Below are positions 25,752 through 35,222 of a DNA stretch of 43,173 bases, piece by piece. Both the position numbers and the translations under genes were made by a program. Origin of the DNA: Parcubacteria group bacterium Gr01-1014_20 (lineage in GTDB: Bacteria > Patescibacteriota > Minisyncoccia > UBA6257 > 2-01-FULL-56-20); the NCBI GenBank assembly GCA_007376265.1, contig VMFW01000007.1, positions 1-43,173 on the forward strand, read 5' to 3'. The notes beneath the pieces were generated by a model. The model worked only from the letters and a program-made list of their open reading frames with translations. It did no database searches and was not told the DNA's origin. The stretch's first letter is position 1; each line of letters begins with the position of its first letter.

Positions 25752-26849
25752 ATGAAAAAAAATAAAATTAGAGTTGGGATACTTTTTGGAGGTAAGTCAG
25801 CCGAACACGAAGTTTCTCTTCAGTCGGCAAAAAATGTTGTTGACGCAATTGATAAGGAAAAATATGAAGTGGTTTTGATCGGGATTGATAAGTTTGGAAA
25901 GTGGCTTCTTCCAAACAAAGCCCAGTTTCTTTTAAACGCAAGTGACCCTAAGCTCATAAAACTAAATAAAGAAAATGTGGAAAGCGTGGCGCTCGTGCCG
26001 CAGAGCGGTGGGGAGCTAACTAATCTATCGAGTGAGGGAACGGTGGCCGGAGTGGATGTGGTTTTTCCGATTTTACACGGTCCCTTTGGAGAAGATGGTA
26101 CGGTTCAGGGTTTGCTTAAACTAGCGGGGGTGCCATTTGTTGGCGCTGGCGTGCTTGGTTCAGCGGTCGGAATGGATAAGGATGTAATGAAGCGACTTTT
26201 GCGTGACGCCGGTCTTCCAATTGCAAACTTTCTTGTTTTCAAACAAGGAGATAACTTGGACTTTGAGGAGGTATCAATTAAACTCGGGCTGCCCTTTTTT
26301 GTGAAGCCGGCGAATTTGGGTTCATCAGTGGGCATTAGCAAGGTGCGGAATCGGGAAGATTTTAGAAAAGCGATTGACGAGGCATTTCAGTATGATATTA
26401 AGATTGTTATTGAAGAGTTCGTGGATGGTCGAGAACTTGAGTGCGCGGTGCTTGGAAACGAGAAGCCGATGGCTTCGGGAGTGGGAGAGATAATCCCAAA
26501 CCATGAGTTTTATTCCTATGAAGCTAAATATGTTGATGAAAATGGGGCACGGTTGGAAGTGCCGGCAAAAATTCCTTCGGAAATTAACGAGCGGGTGCAT
26601 GAGCTCGCCGTAAAGAGTTTCAGGGTTTTGGAATGCGAGGGGTTGGGCCGGGTGGATTTTTTCCTGAAAAAGGATGGCGATTTGGTGGTTAGTGAAATTA
26701 ACACAATCCCGGGTTTTACTAAGATCAGCATGTACCCGCGACTATGGGAGGCGAGTGGCGTTTCCTATACAGAGCTCATTAGCAGTTTGATTGAGCTGGC
26801 TATTGAACGGTTTCAAAGGGAGCAAAAGTTGAGGTTTTCGAATGGCTAG
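25752..26849 (+). CDS. ddl: D-alanine--D-alanine ligase
   Basis: GGKSAEHEVSLQSA, LHGPFGEDG, KPANLGSSVG, FYSYEAKY, EINTIPGFT..SMYP. Confidence 0.96.
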   Translation: MKKNKIRVGILFGGKSAEHEVSLQSAKNVVDAIDKEKYEVVLIGIDKFGKWLLPNKAQFLLNASDPKLIKLNKENVESVALVPQSGGELTNLSSEGTVAGVDVVFPILHGPFGEDGTVQGLLKLAGVPFVGAGVLGSAVGMDKDVMKRLLRDAGLPIANFLVFKQGDNLDFEEVSIKLGLPFFVKPANLGSSVGISKVRNREDFRKAIDEAFQYDIKIVIEEFVDGRELECAVLGNEKPMASGVGEIIPNHEFYSYEAKYVDENGARLEVPAKIPSEINERVHELAVKSFRVLECEGLGRVDFFLKKDGDLVVSEINTIPGFTKISMYPRLWEASGVSYTELISSLIELAIERFQREQKLRFSNG

Positions 26850-26914
26850 GGCGGTTTGGCGCAATGATAAAACCGACTTGCGTTTATGGTGGGTGAGTTT
26901 TAGTATCTAGGAGA

Positions 26915-27196
26915 ATGGAAATAGATTCATCGGAATTGGAAAAATACGTCAGGTCTTCAGTTGTTGCGATAAGTAACGGTGTTAGGGGTACTGACTTTAA
27001 GGTAATCAAGCCAATACTTTTTGATTTGGCAGTCATCAACACGATAGAGGGGGCTGGGGAGTTTAAGATTTTTATTGCGAAAGCTGATGGCAGGTTAAAA
27101 TCAGATGAGACTAGCCGTATAAGATTTGAGGTACAACCTATTTCAGAGGTCCGCCCGTATAAACCCAGTCGCCCCAAAGAAAACCCTGCCCTATAA
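26915..27196 (+). CDS. Small hypothetical protein (Trypco2-like pattern)
   Basis: L..YV......I..GV...I.FDLAV...G.F.I...SRIRF.V pattern, recognised by eye. Confidence 0.5.
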   Translation: MEIDSSELEKYVRSSVVAISNGVRGTDFKVIKPILFDLAVINTIEGAGEFKIFIAKADGRLKSDETSRIRFEVQPISEVRPYKPSRPKENPAL

Positions 27197-27200
27197 ATTT

Positions 27201-27788
27201 ATGGAAGACGTCAAAAAGCAAGACAAGCGTAGTTTGCCTGTATATTGGTCTGATTTCCTTATGGAGGAATTTTCCAAAGAGACAGATCGTGCCGCTGTAA
27301 TTCTAACAGTTTCGCTATTTGAAAATGCCCTATCTTCTTTGCTGAAAGCGTATTTAGCCCCAATAAATAGCAGTAGTGACGAGTTATTTGATGGGCCGAC
27401 GGCGCCGTTATCTGAATTTAGTTCAAAAATTCAGATATCATATAGGCTAGGACTGATCAGTCAGAAATTTGCTCAAGATCTCCATGTGATTAGAAAAATT
27501 CGGAATGAGTTTGCGCATAATGTGCACGGCTCGAGCTTGAAGGAGGGAAGAGTTAAGGATCTTTTAACTAATCTTGTTTGTTCTTCTGATATTGTTAAAA
27601 ATGAAAGGACTAATGGTAATAGTGTTTACCCAAAAGGACCGCGAGGAGAGTTTTTAACCGTGGCAAATATAGCGCTTTTTTATTTGAATCAGCAGGTTGA
27701 AGGTATATCTACTAGGCAGATTCGAGAGAAAGAAATCGAGTGGATATATTTTTGGAAACCAGAAAAACAGGAGAAGAAGACTGGTTAG
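27201..27788 (+). CDS. MtlR-like / HEPN-fold protein
   Basis: ETDRAAVI...E..L..LL, LF....PL..FSSKI..SYRLGLI, IRKIRNEFAH (Rx4H). Confidence 0.75.
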   Translation: MEDVKKQDKRSLPVYWSDFLMEEFSKETDRAAVILTVSLFENALSSLLKAYLAPINSSSDELFDGPTAPLSEFSSKIQISYRLGLISQKFAQDLHVIRKIRNEFAHNVHGSSLKEGRVKDLLTNLVCSSDIVKNERTNGNSVYPKGPRGEFLTVANIALFYLNQQVEGISTRQIREKEIEWIYFWKPEKQEKKTG

Positions 27789-27812
27789 CTCGGATTAAGA
27801 TACTTTTTTTTC

Positions 27813-28052
27813 TTGTACTACCTTTATATAATTCAATGCGAAGATGGGAATTTATACACCGGCATCACCACAGACGTTCGGAGGAGGTTTTTAGAACACA
27901 AAAAAGGTTTGGGCGGGCACTACACGCGAGCCCATAAGGTGAAGAAAGTTCTTTATGCCGAAAAAGTTGGCACGCGAAGCCAGGCTTTGAAGCGCGAGGC
28001 CGAGATTAAGAGCTGGCGTCGCGAGAAGAAACTGGGATTAACTAGAAAATGA
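27813..28052 (+). CDS. Small GIY-YIG nuclease (UPF0213-like)
   Basis: YLYIIQC.DGNLYTGIT.D..RR..EH..G.G..YT, ALKRE..IK; start uncertain (TTG). Confidence 0.85.
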   Translation: MYYLYIIQCEDGNLYTGITTDVRRRFLEHKKGLGGHYTRAHKVKKVLYAEKVGTRSQALKREAEIKSWRREKKLGLTRK

Positions 28053-28073
28053 AAAGCCAGATAGTATCGTTGT

Positions 28074-28103
28074 CCCCGTCCGTAGCCTTAGCGAAGGCTG
28101 GGG
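28074..28103. repeat. Small palindromic element downstream of GIY-YIG gene
   Basis: CCCCGTCCGTAGCCTTAGCGAAGGCTGGGG; reverse complement CCTTCGCTAAGGCTACGGACGGG matches the 14689-14713 insertion. Confidence 0.7.
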
Positions 28104-28171
28104 CGATGTGTCCAGGGAAAAAAACCACCGATCTATTTCTACGATGACATGCGTTCTTTTTAGCAATCACC

Positions 28172-28996
28172 CTAGAGCTTCAGTAAGTAGTGATTGGTGG
28201 GATGGTACACAAATCCGGCACTTCGATACAAATGGTTTGCTACCTCTCTATGTTGGCCACTCGTTAGTTCGATAACTTCTACGCCCTGTTTTTTAGCCCA
28301 GTGAATCAGCTCGTTTAATATGGCTCGCCCGATGCCCCGACCTCGGTGCTTTGTATCAACAACCATATCTTCGATGACGGCTTGCTTTCTCAAGAGTGTC
28401 TGCCGAACGAATATCCATCCCATGCCCACAAGTTTTTTCCTGCGACGAATGCTTACAATATGGCCATTCAGAATGGCGTGGTAGAGGGCGTATTCTCCTA
28501 CGTAAGCGGAGGGGTCGAGTTGTCGGACCAACCCCCGCAACTCTTCTATGTCAAACTTTCCAAATTGCGCTTTGATAAATCTGACGATGTTGCGATTTGA
28601 GTCGAAAGCTACTAAGCGAGGATCCAGCCTACTAATCGTAGTAAATTTGTAGGAGCCATTCTCGTTGTTTAGTTTTATATCTTTCTTCCCAATGTCCGCT
28701 AAAAACGCATGGCTCAATACTGCAAACTTCCGCTTCTGCCACGATGCCTCTCCGGGAAAAGTATTTACAAAGAGGAGGCGGGGCCGTACGCCGAGCTCCT
28801 CTTTTAACTCTCTTCGCATCGCCTCTTCCGGTTTTTCAAGCGATTCCATATAGCCGCCCGGCAGATCCCATTTGCCCTTGTGTGGCTCCTGACTTCTCCG
28901 AAGGAGTAAGAGCTTGCCGTTGCGGATGATTATTGCCGTTGCGGTGCATCGGGGATTGTTAAATTTACACAGCTCACATTCTATGGTTCGAGACAT
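28172..28996 (-). CDS. NUDIX hydrolase fused to GNAT acetyltransferase
   Basis: PGGY......EEAMRRELKEELG, then IEDMVVD..HRGRGIG and LY...GF; ATG 28996 lies 6 nt after TATAAT. Confidence 0.85.
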   Translation of the reverse strand: MSRTIECELCKFNNPRCTATAIIIRNGKLLLLRRSQEPHKGKWDLPGGYMESLEKPEEAMRRELKEELGVRPRLLFVNTFPGEASWQKRKFAVLSHAFLADIGKKDIKLNNENGSYKFTTISRLDPRLVAFDSNRNIVRFIKAQFGKFDIEELRGLVRQLDPSAYVGEYALYHAILNGHIVSIRRRKKLVGMGWIFVRQTLLRKQAVIEDMVVDTKHRGRGIGRAILNELIHWAKKQGVEVIELTSGQHREVANHLYRSAGFVYHPTNHYLLKL

Positions 28997-29079
28997 AATT
29001 CGATTATATCGTGTGAGACATTGTTTTCCAAATTTGCGGCTACCCGATATAATGTATTTTGCGAGAGAGAAAACCATCT

Positions 29080-30564
29080 ATGACATTTAACTCACTAGAG
29101 TTCGTAATCTTCTTTCCAGTAGTCACCGTTCTTTATTTTTTATTGCCGCACCGTTTACGTTGGCTCTTGCTCCTTGTTGCTAGCGTCGTTTTTTACATAG
29201 CATTCATCCCGGCGTATATTTTTATTCTTGCGGCGCTCATCGTAATAGATTACTGGGCGGGCATCTTGATCGAGAGATCGTCCGACAAAAAACAGAGGAG
29301 GTTATTCTTAATACTAAGCGTTATTTCGACTTGCCTCGTGCTTTTTATTTTCAAATATTTCAATTTTTTCAACTTTAATCTCGGGACCCTTGCCTCTTTT
29401 CTCCACTGGAACTATCCGATTGGCGCCCTCTCGATACTTTTACCCCTCGGTCTTTCTTTTCATACGTTTCAGAGCCTAGCTTATGTTATTGAGGTATATC
29501 GGGGAAGGCAGAAGGCGGAATATAACATCGGTATCTACTCGTTATATGTCATGTTTTATCCCCAATTAGTTGCGGGGCCAATTGAGAGACCACAGCATCT
29601 CATCCCCCAGCTCTATCAAGAACATAGATTTGAATATAAACGGGTTGTAGACGGCCTCAAAAGAATGCTTTGGGGGATGTTTAAGAAAGTTGTTATTGCC
29701 GACAATTTAGCGTTTCTCGTCGACCAAATCTACAGTAACCCTCATGGTTATGCGGGCCTAGAACTCATATGGGTTACAATGATCTTCGCTATCCAAATTT
29801 ATGCCGATTTCTCCGGTTATGTTGATATCGCCATTGGCAGCGCGAAGGTAATGGGTTTCGACTTAGTGGAAAACTTCAGAAACCCTTACCTCGCAAATTC
29901 GATTCTCGATTTTTGGAGACGATGGCACATTTCCCTTTCGTCTTGGTTCCGGGACTATGTTTATATTCCCCTTGGCGGCAACCGCGTTCTCGAGTTACAC
30001 TGGTATTCCAATATACTAATCGTTTTTCTTTTGAGTGGCCTTTGGCATGGCGCCAGTTGGACTTTCATTCTCTGGGGAGCGCTGCATGGAGTTTACATAG
30101 TTTTTTCAAAAACAACGCAGGGAATCAGAGAAAAAATCGCCCAGGGTATTGGCTTGAACTACTTTCCGAAACTTCGCTCCTTTATGCAAATCGTCACTAC
30201 ATTTTCCCTAGTATCTTTTGCGTGGATATTTTTTAGAGCAAATAGTATTTCTGACGCATGGTACATCGTTTCGCACCTGTTTGCGGGCGGCTGGGAAAGC
30301 ATTCCGCGATCTTTGGCAGGCAATTACCTTGTGAACGCCTTAGTGCTGTCGCTCTACGATACGCGTTTTGTTATTCTTCTCTCGGCAATTTTCAGCGCGT
30401 TGTATATGTGGCGACACATTCAACGACGCGGCGGCGCTTACAACTTCTTTTTCCACAGTCCCTCCATATTTTTGCGATGGTCTACCTATTTAACCATAAT
30501 TTGGGCGATCTTTTCGGTCGGCGTCTTGAGTGGGTACCGCCCGTTCATCTATTTCGCATTCTAA
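29080..30564 (+). CDS. MBOAT O-acyltransferase (AlgI/PatA-like)
   Basis: FKY.NF, PLGLSFHTFQ, FYPQLVAGPIER, YADFSGY, FWRRWHISLS.WFRDY.YIPLGG, GLWHGA. Confidence 0.92.
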   Translation: MTFNSLEFVIFFPVVTVLYFLLPHRLRWLLLLVASVVFYIAFIPAYIFILAALIVIDYWAGILIERSSDKKQRRLFLILSVISTCLVLFIFKYFNFFNFNLGTLASFLHWNYPIGALSILLPLGLSFHTFQSLAYVIEVYRGRQKAEYNIGIYSLYVMFYPQLVAGPIERPQHLIPQLYQEHRFEYKRVVDGLKRMLWGMFKKVVIADNLAFLVDQIYSNPHGYAGLELIWVTMIFAIQIYADFSGYVDIAIGSAKVMGFDLVENFRNPYLANSILDFWRRWHISLSSWFRDYVYIPLGGNRVLELHWYSNILIVFLLSGLWHGASWTFILWGALHGVYIVFSKTTQGIREKIAQGIGLNYFPKLRSFMQIVTTFSLVSFAWIFFRANSISDAWYIVSHLFAGGWESIPRSLAGNYLVNALVLSLYDTRFVILLSAIFSALYMWRHIQRRGGAYNFFFHSPSIFLRWSTYLTIIWAIFSVGVLSGYRPFIYFAF

Positions 30565-30568
30565 GCAC

Positions 30569-31498
30569 ATGAAGCGTTTTGTACTAAAATGCATCGTATT
30601 CTTCGTCATCAATCTTGCGTTTGTTTTGCTACTCTACATTACGAATAACAATTTCAACATTTATAATCATGCTATTACCGAATCGAATTTTTTGACGATT
30701 CCCCAAAACGCGAATTACGACTTTATCATCCTCGGGACCTCGCATGCCAGACAACTCTCGGTTGGCGAGAGGCAGCGACTAATTGAGGAGGGCGTTGGGA
30801 TGAACTTTATGAACATCGCCGGATCAGGGCTTGGTATTCTGCCGGAGAAAATTTATCTCTCCTACTTTTTTCAAAGGCAGAACAGCGTCAAAGACGTGGT
30901 GTATGTTATCGACCCCTTCGTGTTTTACTCGCCACAATGGAACGAGGAGATAACGTTTGACAACGAACCATTTCGCATAACACTCCTTTCGGCGTTAGTC
31001 GAAAACCGCTTTTCGACGAACACCATCATGGGTTACGTGGGCAACTTTTTGCGTTGGCCTCCATTCGCTGGATTTGATCCTATTTGGGATAATACAAGTA
31101 CAAGCACACTGGAAAAAGAAGTGGGCTTGTCGAATTTAAAAGAGGCCATCGATCGCGAGCATAGCGCTCTTTACCCCGATGGTTTCGAAACTTCTAACTT
31201 CAACAAATATACGGCGCACCTCAAGAGCATCATTGACATGAGTAAATCGCACGGTGCCCGCGTAATCTTTATTATTCCGCCGACTCTATGGGATTTTGAC
31301 CCGGGAAAACAAACGACAAAAAACTTGTTGATTAATTATCAAAAAAGTGACGGGGTGGGATTTTACGACCTATCGGGCTCTCTAAAAAATCCTAAATTCT
31401 ACTCCGACAGCAGTCATTTCAATACAAAAGGAGCGGTTTATTTTTCAACGTACTTTTTGAAACAAATTCTGACTGAAACCCGCGCTACGAAACCCTGA
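30569..31498 (+). CDS. Membrane-anchored SGNH-like partner of MBOAT
   Basis: N-terminal TM; ILGTSHA block I and FYSDSSHFN (DxxH) block V; 4 nt after the MBOAT stop. Confidence 0.7.
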   Translation: MKRFVLKCIVFFVINLAFVLLLYITNNNFNIYNHAITESNFLTIPQNANYDFIILGTSHARQLSVGERQRLIEEGVGMNFMNIAGSGLGILPEKIYLSYFFQRQNSVKDVVYVIDPFVFYSPQWNEEITFDNEPFRITLLSALVENRFSTNTIMGYVGNFLRWPPFAGFDPIWDNTSTSTLEKEVGLSNLKEAIDREHSALYPDGFETSNFNKYTAHLKSIIDMSKSHGARVIFIIPPTLWDFDPGKQTTKNLLINYQKSDGVGFYDLSGSLKNPKFYSDSSHFNTKGAVYFSTYFLKQILTETRATKP

Positions 31499-31551
31499 TT
31501 TTCCCAGCAATACGCGGGATTCTTTGTGGTGCTGGAAGATTAATAAAAATG

Positions 31552-31839
31552 CTAGTCTTCAACTCCTAGCTCGAGGAGGCGGTTGTTAACGGCGGCGAGA
31601 CGGTCGCGGATAGGGTTTAAGGCGTCTCTTTCAAACGTAGAGTCTAGTTGTTCTTCAAGCTGGCTTCTCACCGCGAGGAGATTTTCTTTAGATCTTTCTT
31701 GTAGCGACTCGACGAACTTTTGGAGTTCTTCTTTTTCCTGGTCCGCTGTCAGCTTAGCAGCGTCTCTCTCTTTTTCCCACTCCTCTCGACTGCTATCACC
31801 CCCCGCTTGATCGGGGCCAACTTTTTCAAATGGATTCAT
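31552..31839 (-). CDS. Small acidic helical hypothetical protein
   Basis: 95-aa E/K/L-rich ORF; TACAAT 7 nt before ATG. Confidence 0.65.
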   Translation of the reverse strand: MNPFEKVGPDQAGGDSSREEWEKERDAAKLTADQEKEELQKFVESLQERSKENLLAVRSQLEEQLDSTFERDALNPIRDRLAAVNNRLLELGVED

Positions 31840-31964
31840 AGTTTAAATTGTACTAAACTAGGGTTTTTACTCAAGACGTTCTTAGTAAATAGGTTCTGAG
31901 GTATTTTTTGTGCTACATTTATCAGTACTAAATGAATGAAACCAGGGGCAAAACTGTAAACGTG

Positions 31965-33422
31965 ATGCCGCAAGGCAACGTGATTATTCGCTTTAATAAG
32001 GTGTCTTTCGAGTACGGCAATAAGCCGATTTTGAATGAGGCGGATTTTTCGGTGCGGGAAGGCTCGAAGATTACGCTTATGGGTCAGAACGGGGCCGGGA
32101 AGAGCACGATTTTTCAACTGATTGCCGGGAACTTGAAGCCGGAGATGGGGGCGATTTCGGTGACTAAGGGGCTGACCATGGCCACGGCGCGGCAGGTGAT
32201 TCAAAGGGATGAGGCGGAGCTCACCGTGCAAGAATTTTTTGAAAAGGCGTTTGATATGAAGATTTATGATATTGAGCCGAGGATTAAGAAGGTTTTAGGC
32301 GTGGTTCATTTGGTCGTGCCTCACGATAAGGTTTTGAAGGACTTATCGGGTGGCCAGCAGGCGCGGGTGCTTCTGGCGCAGGCGCTCATTCAGAACCCGG
32401 ACATCCTTTTGCTCGATGAGCCGACGAATAATTTGGACAAACAGGGGATTGCGCATCTCACCCAATTTCTTAAAGACTACAACAAAACCTGCATCGTGAT
32501 TTCGCACGACGCGGACTTTTTGAATTCGTTTACGCACGGGGTTTTGTATTTAGATGTTTTTACGAAAAAAATCGAACAGTACGCCGGGGACTATTTGAAA
32601 GTGGTTGAAGAGATCAAGGCTCGACTCGAACGGGAACGGATGAAAAATGTTCGACTCGAGAAAGATATTCAACACCGGAAAGACCAAGCGGGATTTTTCG
32701 CCCAGAAAGGCGGCCACATGAGGGATGTGGCTAGGAAAATGAAAGAGAAGATTGAAGAGCTCGAGGGGGATATTGTTGAGGTTCGACGGGAAGACAAGGC
32801 GATTCGGAACTTTGTGATTCCTTGCCAGGCGGGCCTCGTGGGGCAGATTTTGGAGTTGAAGTCTGTTTCGATTATGAACCTCGGGACCCACAAGCCGATC
32901 ACTAAAAAAGTGGAGGTGGTTTTGAAGAGAAAGGAGCGTCTACTTCTCTCTGGCCCGAATGGAATTGGAAAGACAACCTTGCTTGAAAAACTGGCAAGCG
33001 GGCACGCTAAAGGCGAGCACGTGGCGCACGGCGTTCACATTGGCTATTACCGGCAGGATTTTTCGACATTAGATTTTGAGGAGACGGTTTACGGGACGCT
33101 CGCGAACGCCATGAAAGATGGCACCGAACAGGAACTGCGTTCTTGCGCCGCCGGTTTCCTATTAGATTCGGATATTTTGAAAGCTAAAATTGGCTCGCTT
33201 TCGGAGGGACAGAAAGGACTGGTAGCTTTCGCGAAACTTTCTCTTGAGCGGCCGGGGCTCTTAATTCTTGATGAACCGACCAACCACATCAATTTTCGCC
33301 ATATCCCGGTGATTGCGCAGGCTCTGGACCGTTACGAAGGCGCAATGATACTTGTGAGCCACGTGCCCGAGTTTGTGAAGCAGATTCGGATTGATTACAC
33401 GCTTGATCTCGAAAGTCTTTAA
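31965..33422 (+). CDS. ABC-F family ATPase
   Basis: Two ABC domains (GQNGAGKST/LSGGQ/LDEPTN and GPNGIGKTT/LSEGQ/LDEPTN), no TMs; start 31932 or 31965. Confidence 0.9.
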   Translation: MPQGNVIIRFNKVSFEYGNKPILNEADFSVREGSKITLMGQNGAGKSTIFQLIAGNLKPEMGAISVTKGLTMATARQVIQRDEAELTVQEFFEKAFDMKIYDIEPRIKKVLGVVHLVVPHDKVLKDLSGGQQARVLLAQALIQNPDILLLDEPTNNLDKQGIAHLTQFLKDYNKTCIVISHDADFLNSFTHGVLYLDVFTKKIEQYAGDYLKVVEEIKARLERERMKNVRLEKDIQHRKDQAGFFAQKGGHMRDVARKMKEKIEELEGDIVEVRREDKAIRNFVIPCQAGLVGQILELKSVSIMNLGTHKPITKKVEVVLKRKERLLLSGPNGIGKTTLLEKLASGHAKGEHVAHGVHIGYYRQDFSTLDFEETVYGTLANAMKDGTEQELRSCAAGFLLDSDILKAKIGSLSEGQKGLVAFAKLSLERPGLLILDEPTNHINFRHIPVIAQALDRYEGAMILVSHVPEFVKQIRIDYTLDLESL

Positions 33423-33488
33423 GAGCTTTACAAGACCAGTGTTTTTTGTATATTGGGAGTAGCTCAAGGGGAAAGGAGGTGTTTCAAA

Positions 33489-33728
33489 ATGCCGAACATT
33501 TTGGGAGGCGATAGTACACATCCCGCGTACATGCCTCGAAGGTTGACTAGTCGCGAGGTCTTGATTGGAGACAGTCTTTACAGCATAGTCGGCAACGGTC
33601 GAAAGATGAGAGTTTCGTTTGAGAATGTGAACGGTTCATGCTGGAGCTGTTCAGCGAATGATTCTAGTTTACCGGTCCAGGTCCAGGCGAGAGTTAGGCT
33701 TCTTAAGAAAGCATGGATGGGAAGGTAG
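33489..33728 (+). CDS. Small hypothetical protein
   Basis: Strong SD AAGGAGGT before ATG 33489; upstream TTTACA-16-TATATT; downstream terminator. Confidence 0.6.
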   Translation: MPNILGGDSTHPAYMPRRLTSREVLIGDSLYSIVGNGRKMRVSFENVNGSCWSCSANDSSLPVQVQARVRLLKKAWMGR

Positions 33729-33751
33729 CTTCCTTTATCAATCAAATTTAT

Positions 33752-33777
33752 AAACCAGCGCTAAGGCACTGGTTTTT
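33752..33777 (+). terminator. Rho-independent terminator
   Basis: AAACCAGCGC-TAAG-GCACTGGTTTTT. Confidence 0.65.
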
Positions 33778-33826
33778 CTTTGTAGACTTGATTTTTGGGA
33801 GCGAGAAGAGGAAAATCGAAGCAAGA

Positions 33827-34249
33827 ATGACCTGTCCATTTTGTGAGGTTTTGGTGAGCAAAAAAGAGCGGGTTTTAGTTGAAAAGCTGCATGTCTTTGT
33901 GATGTTGAGCGATCCGCGACTTATGCCCGGACACCTTTTAGTAATTCCAAAGAGGCATGTGGAAAAACTTAGCGAATTGCTGGAAGCTGAACGAAAAGAG
34001 CTTTTTGATGTTGTGATTGAAGCAGAAGAAAAAATTTTAAGAGAAGTAGCTTCGGGATGTGATATCGGTCAGCACTTTAGGCCGTTTATTTACCAGAACA
34101 AGCTAAAAGTGAACCACCTCCATGTTCATCTTAGACCAAGGGAGTTGAAGGACGAGCTTTACGAGAAATCGCAAATATACGAAAAAGATGTTTTTAAGGA
34201 TTTAAGTCAGGAAGAGTTTGATAGATTTAAGAAAGTTTTTAATAACTAA
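33827..34249 (+). CDS. HIT family hydrolase
   Basis: MTCPFC, PGHLLVIPKRH, VNHLHVHL.PR. Confidence 0.9.
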   Translation: MTCPFCEVLVSKKERVLVEKLHVFVMLSDPRLMPGHLLVIPKRHVEKLSELLEAERKELFDVVIEAEEKILREVASGCDIGQHFRPFIYQNKLKVNHLHVHLRPRELKDELYEKSQIYEKDVFKDLSQEEFDRFKKVFNN

Positions 34250-34848
34250 TGGAAAACCCAAACAAAAATAGCGAATCTGGTCCGAGTGGAGATAAGTTTG
34301 TAAAGAACATTCGTTTCAATTTAGAGTCAGGCACTTTGCTTTTAGATTTGGATAAAAATAAAACCGATCCAGAGAAGGTAAGGGGTTTTGCCGAAGAGCG
34401 AGGTCTTTTAGAGAAAGACGAAGCTCATGTGACAGTTATCGGGAGCGATACGGCTGAGCAGATTATGGCCCGCTTGGGTGATCTTCCCCGGGGCGAGAAG
34501 GAGGAGATTTTAGCTAAGATAAGGGCAGTGGTTGAGAGCATTGATTGGCAATTTGTTTTTAAGCCAGAATATTACTATATAAAGAAAGAGTATGACGATC
34601 CCGATCCGACTGATTCGAGTAAAATAATTCACGAGGTTCGAGAGTCGGTGATTCAGTTAGCGGAAACAGGGAATTTGGCGGAGTTTTACGCAAAACTAAA
34701 AGAGGTAACCGGCTTGGAGCTGGAGGTTCCGATGCCGCATGTAACCTTGTTTACCACAAGCACGCGGGAGGATAAAAGGAAGCGGGGGATTGGAATTTAT
34801 TCGGAGAGGGATTTTGACGAGTTAAAACCGGAGCGGATAGAAATCTAG
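34249..34848 (+). CDS. 2H phosphoesterase-like protein
   Basis: Two HxT motifs (AHVTVIG, PHVTLFT) about 105 aa apart; TAATG coupling to the HIT gene. Confidence 0.65.
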   Translation: MENPNKNSESGPSGDKFVKNIRFNLESGTLLLDLDKNKTDPEKVRGFAEERGLLEKDEAHVTVIGSDTAEQIMARLGDLPRGEKEEILAKIRAVVESIDWQFVFKPEYYYIKKEYDDPDPTDSSKIIHEVRESVIQLAETGNLAEFYAKLKEVTGLELEVPMPHVTLFTTSTREDKRKRGIGIYSERDFDELKPERIEI

Positions 34849-34903
34849 AGGCGAATTGCAAGTCATTGCTAAATCCATGGGAAAGGAGTAGGATTGAGGT
34901 ACT

Positions 34904-35146
34904 GTGAATCTATCTAATAAACATGTGGTTTCGCTCGTGGAACTCAACAAAAAGCTAGATGTGGAAGCTAGGCGTTTGGTTAAGGGAAGAGAAGAGGGTA
35001 TTGTGAAATACGTGAGCAAAAAGGCTAATCTACTCGGCAATTCCACGATGGTTTTTAAAAACAAAACTGGAGTGGAGGTGACAATGGCTTTTCGGCTGAA
35101 CAAGGACGGTGATGTAAGGTTCGCCTACGAAAACCAGTTGGCGTAA
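34904..35146 (+). CDS. Small basic hypothetical protein
   Basis: SD GAGGT, GTG start, followed by terminator. Confidence 0.55.
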   Translation: MNLSNKHVVSLVELNKKLDVEARRLVKGREEGIVKYVSKKANLLGNSTMVFKNKTGVEVTMAFRLNKDGDVRFAYENQLA

Positions 35147-35170
35147 AAACGTTCGCTGGGAACAGACTAT

Positions 35171-35200
35171 AACCGCCTGGATTTGTTTCGGCGGTTTTTT
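35171..35200 (+). terminator. Rho-independent terminator
   Basis: AACCGCC...GGCGGTTTTTT. Confidence 0.7.
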
Positions 35201-35222
35201 GTTGAAATGGTAGAATGGGTGC

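Noticed and set aside
28049-28147. 32-codon ORF after the GIY-YIG gene
   Set aside because: Largely a translation of the palindromic element; no coding evidence.
33713-33826. N-terminal extension of the HIT ORF
   Set aside because: Spans a terminator; the HIT domain begins at MTCPFC (33827).
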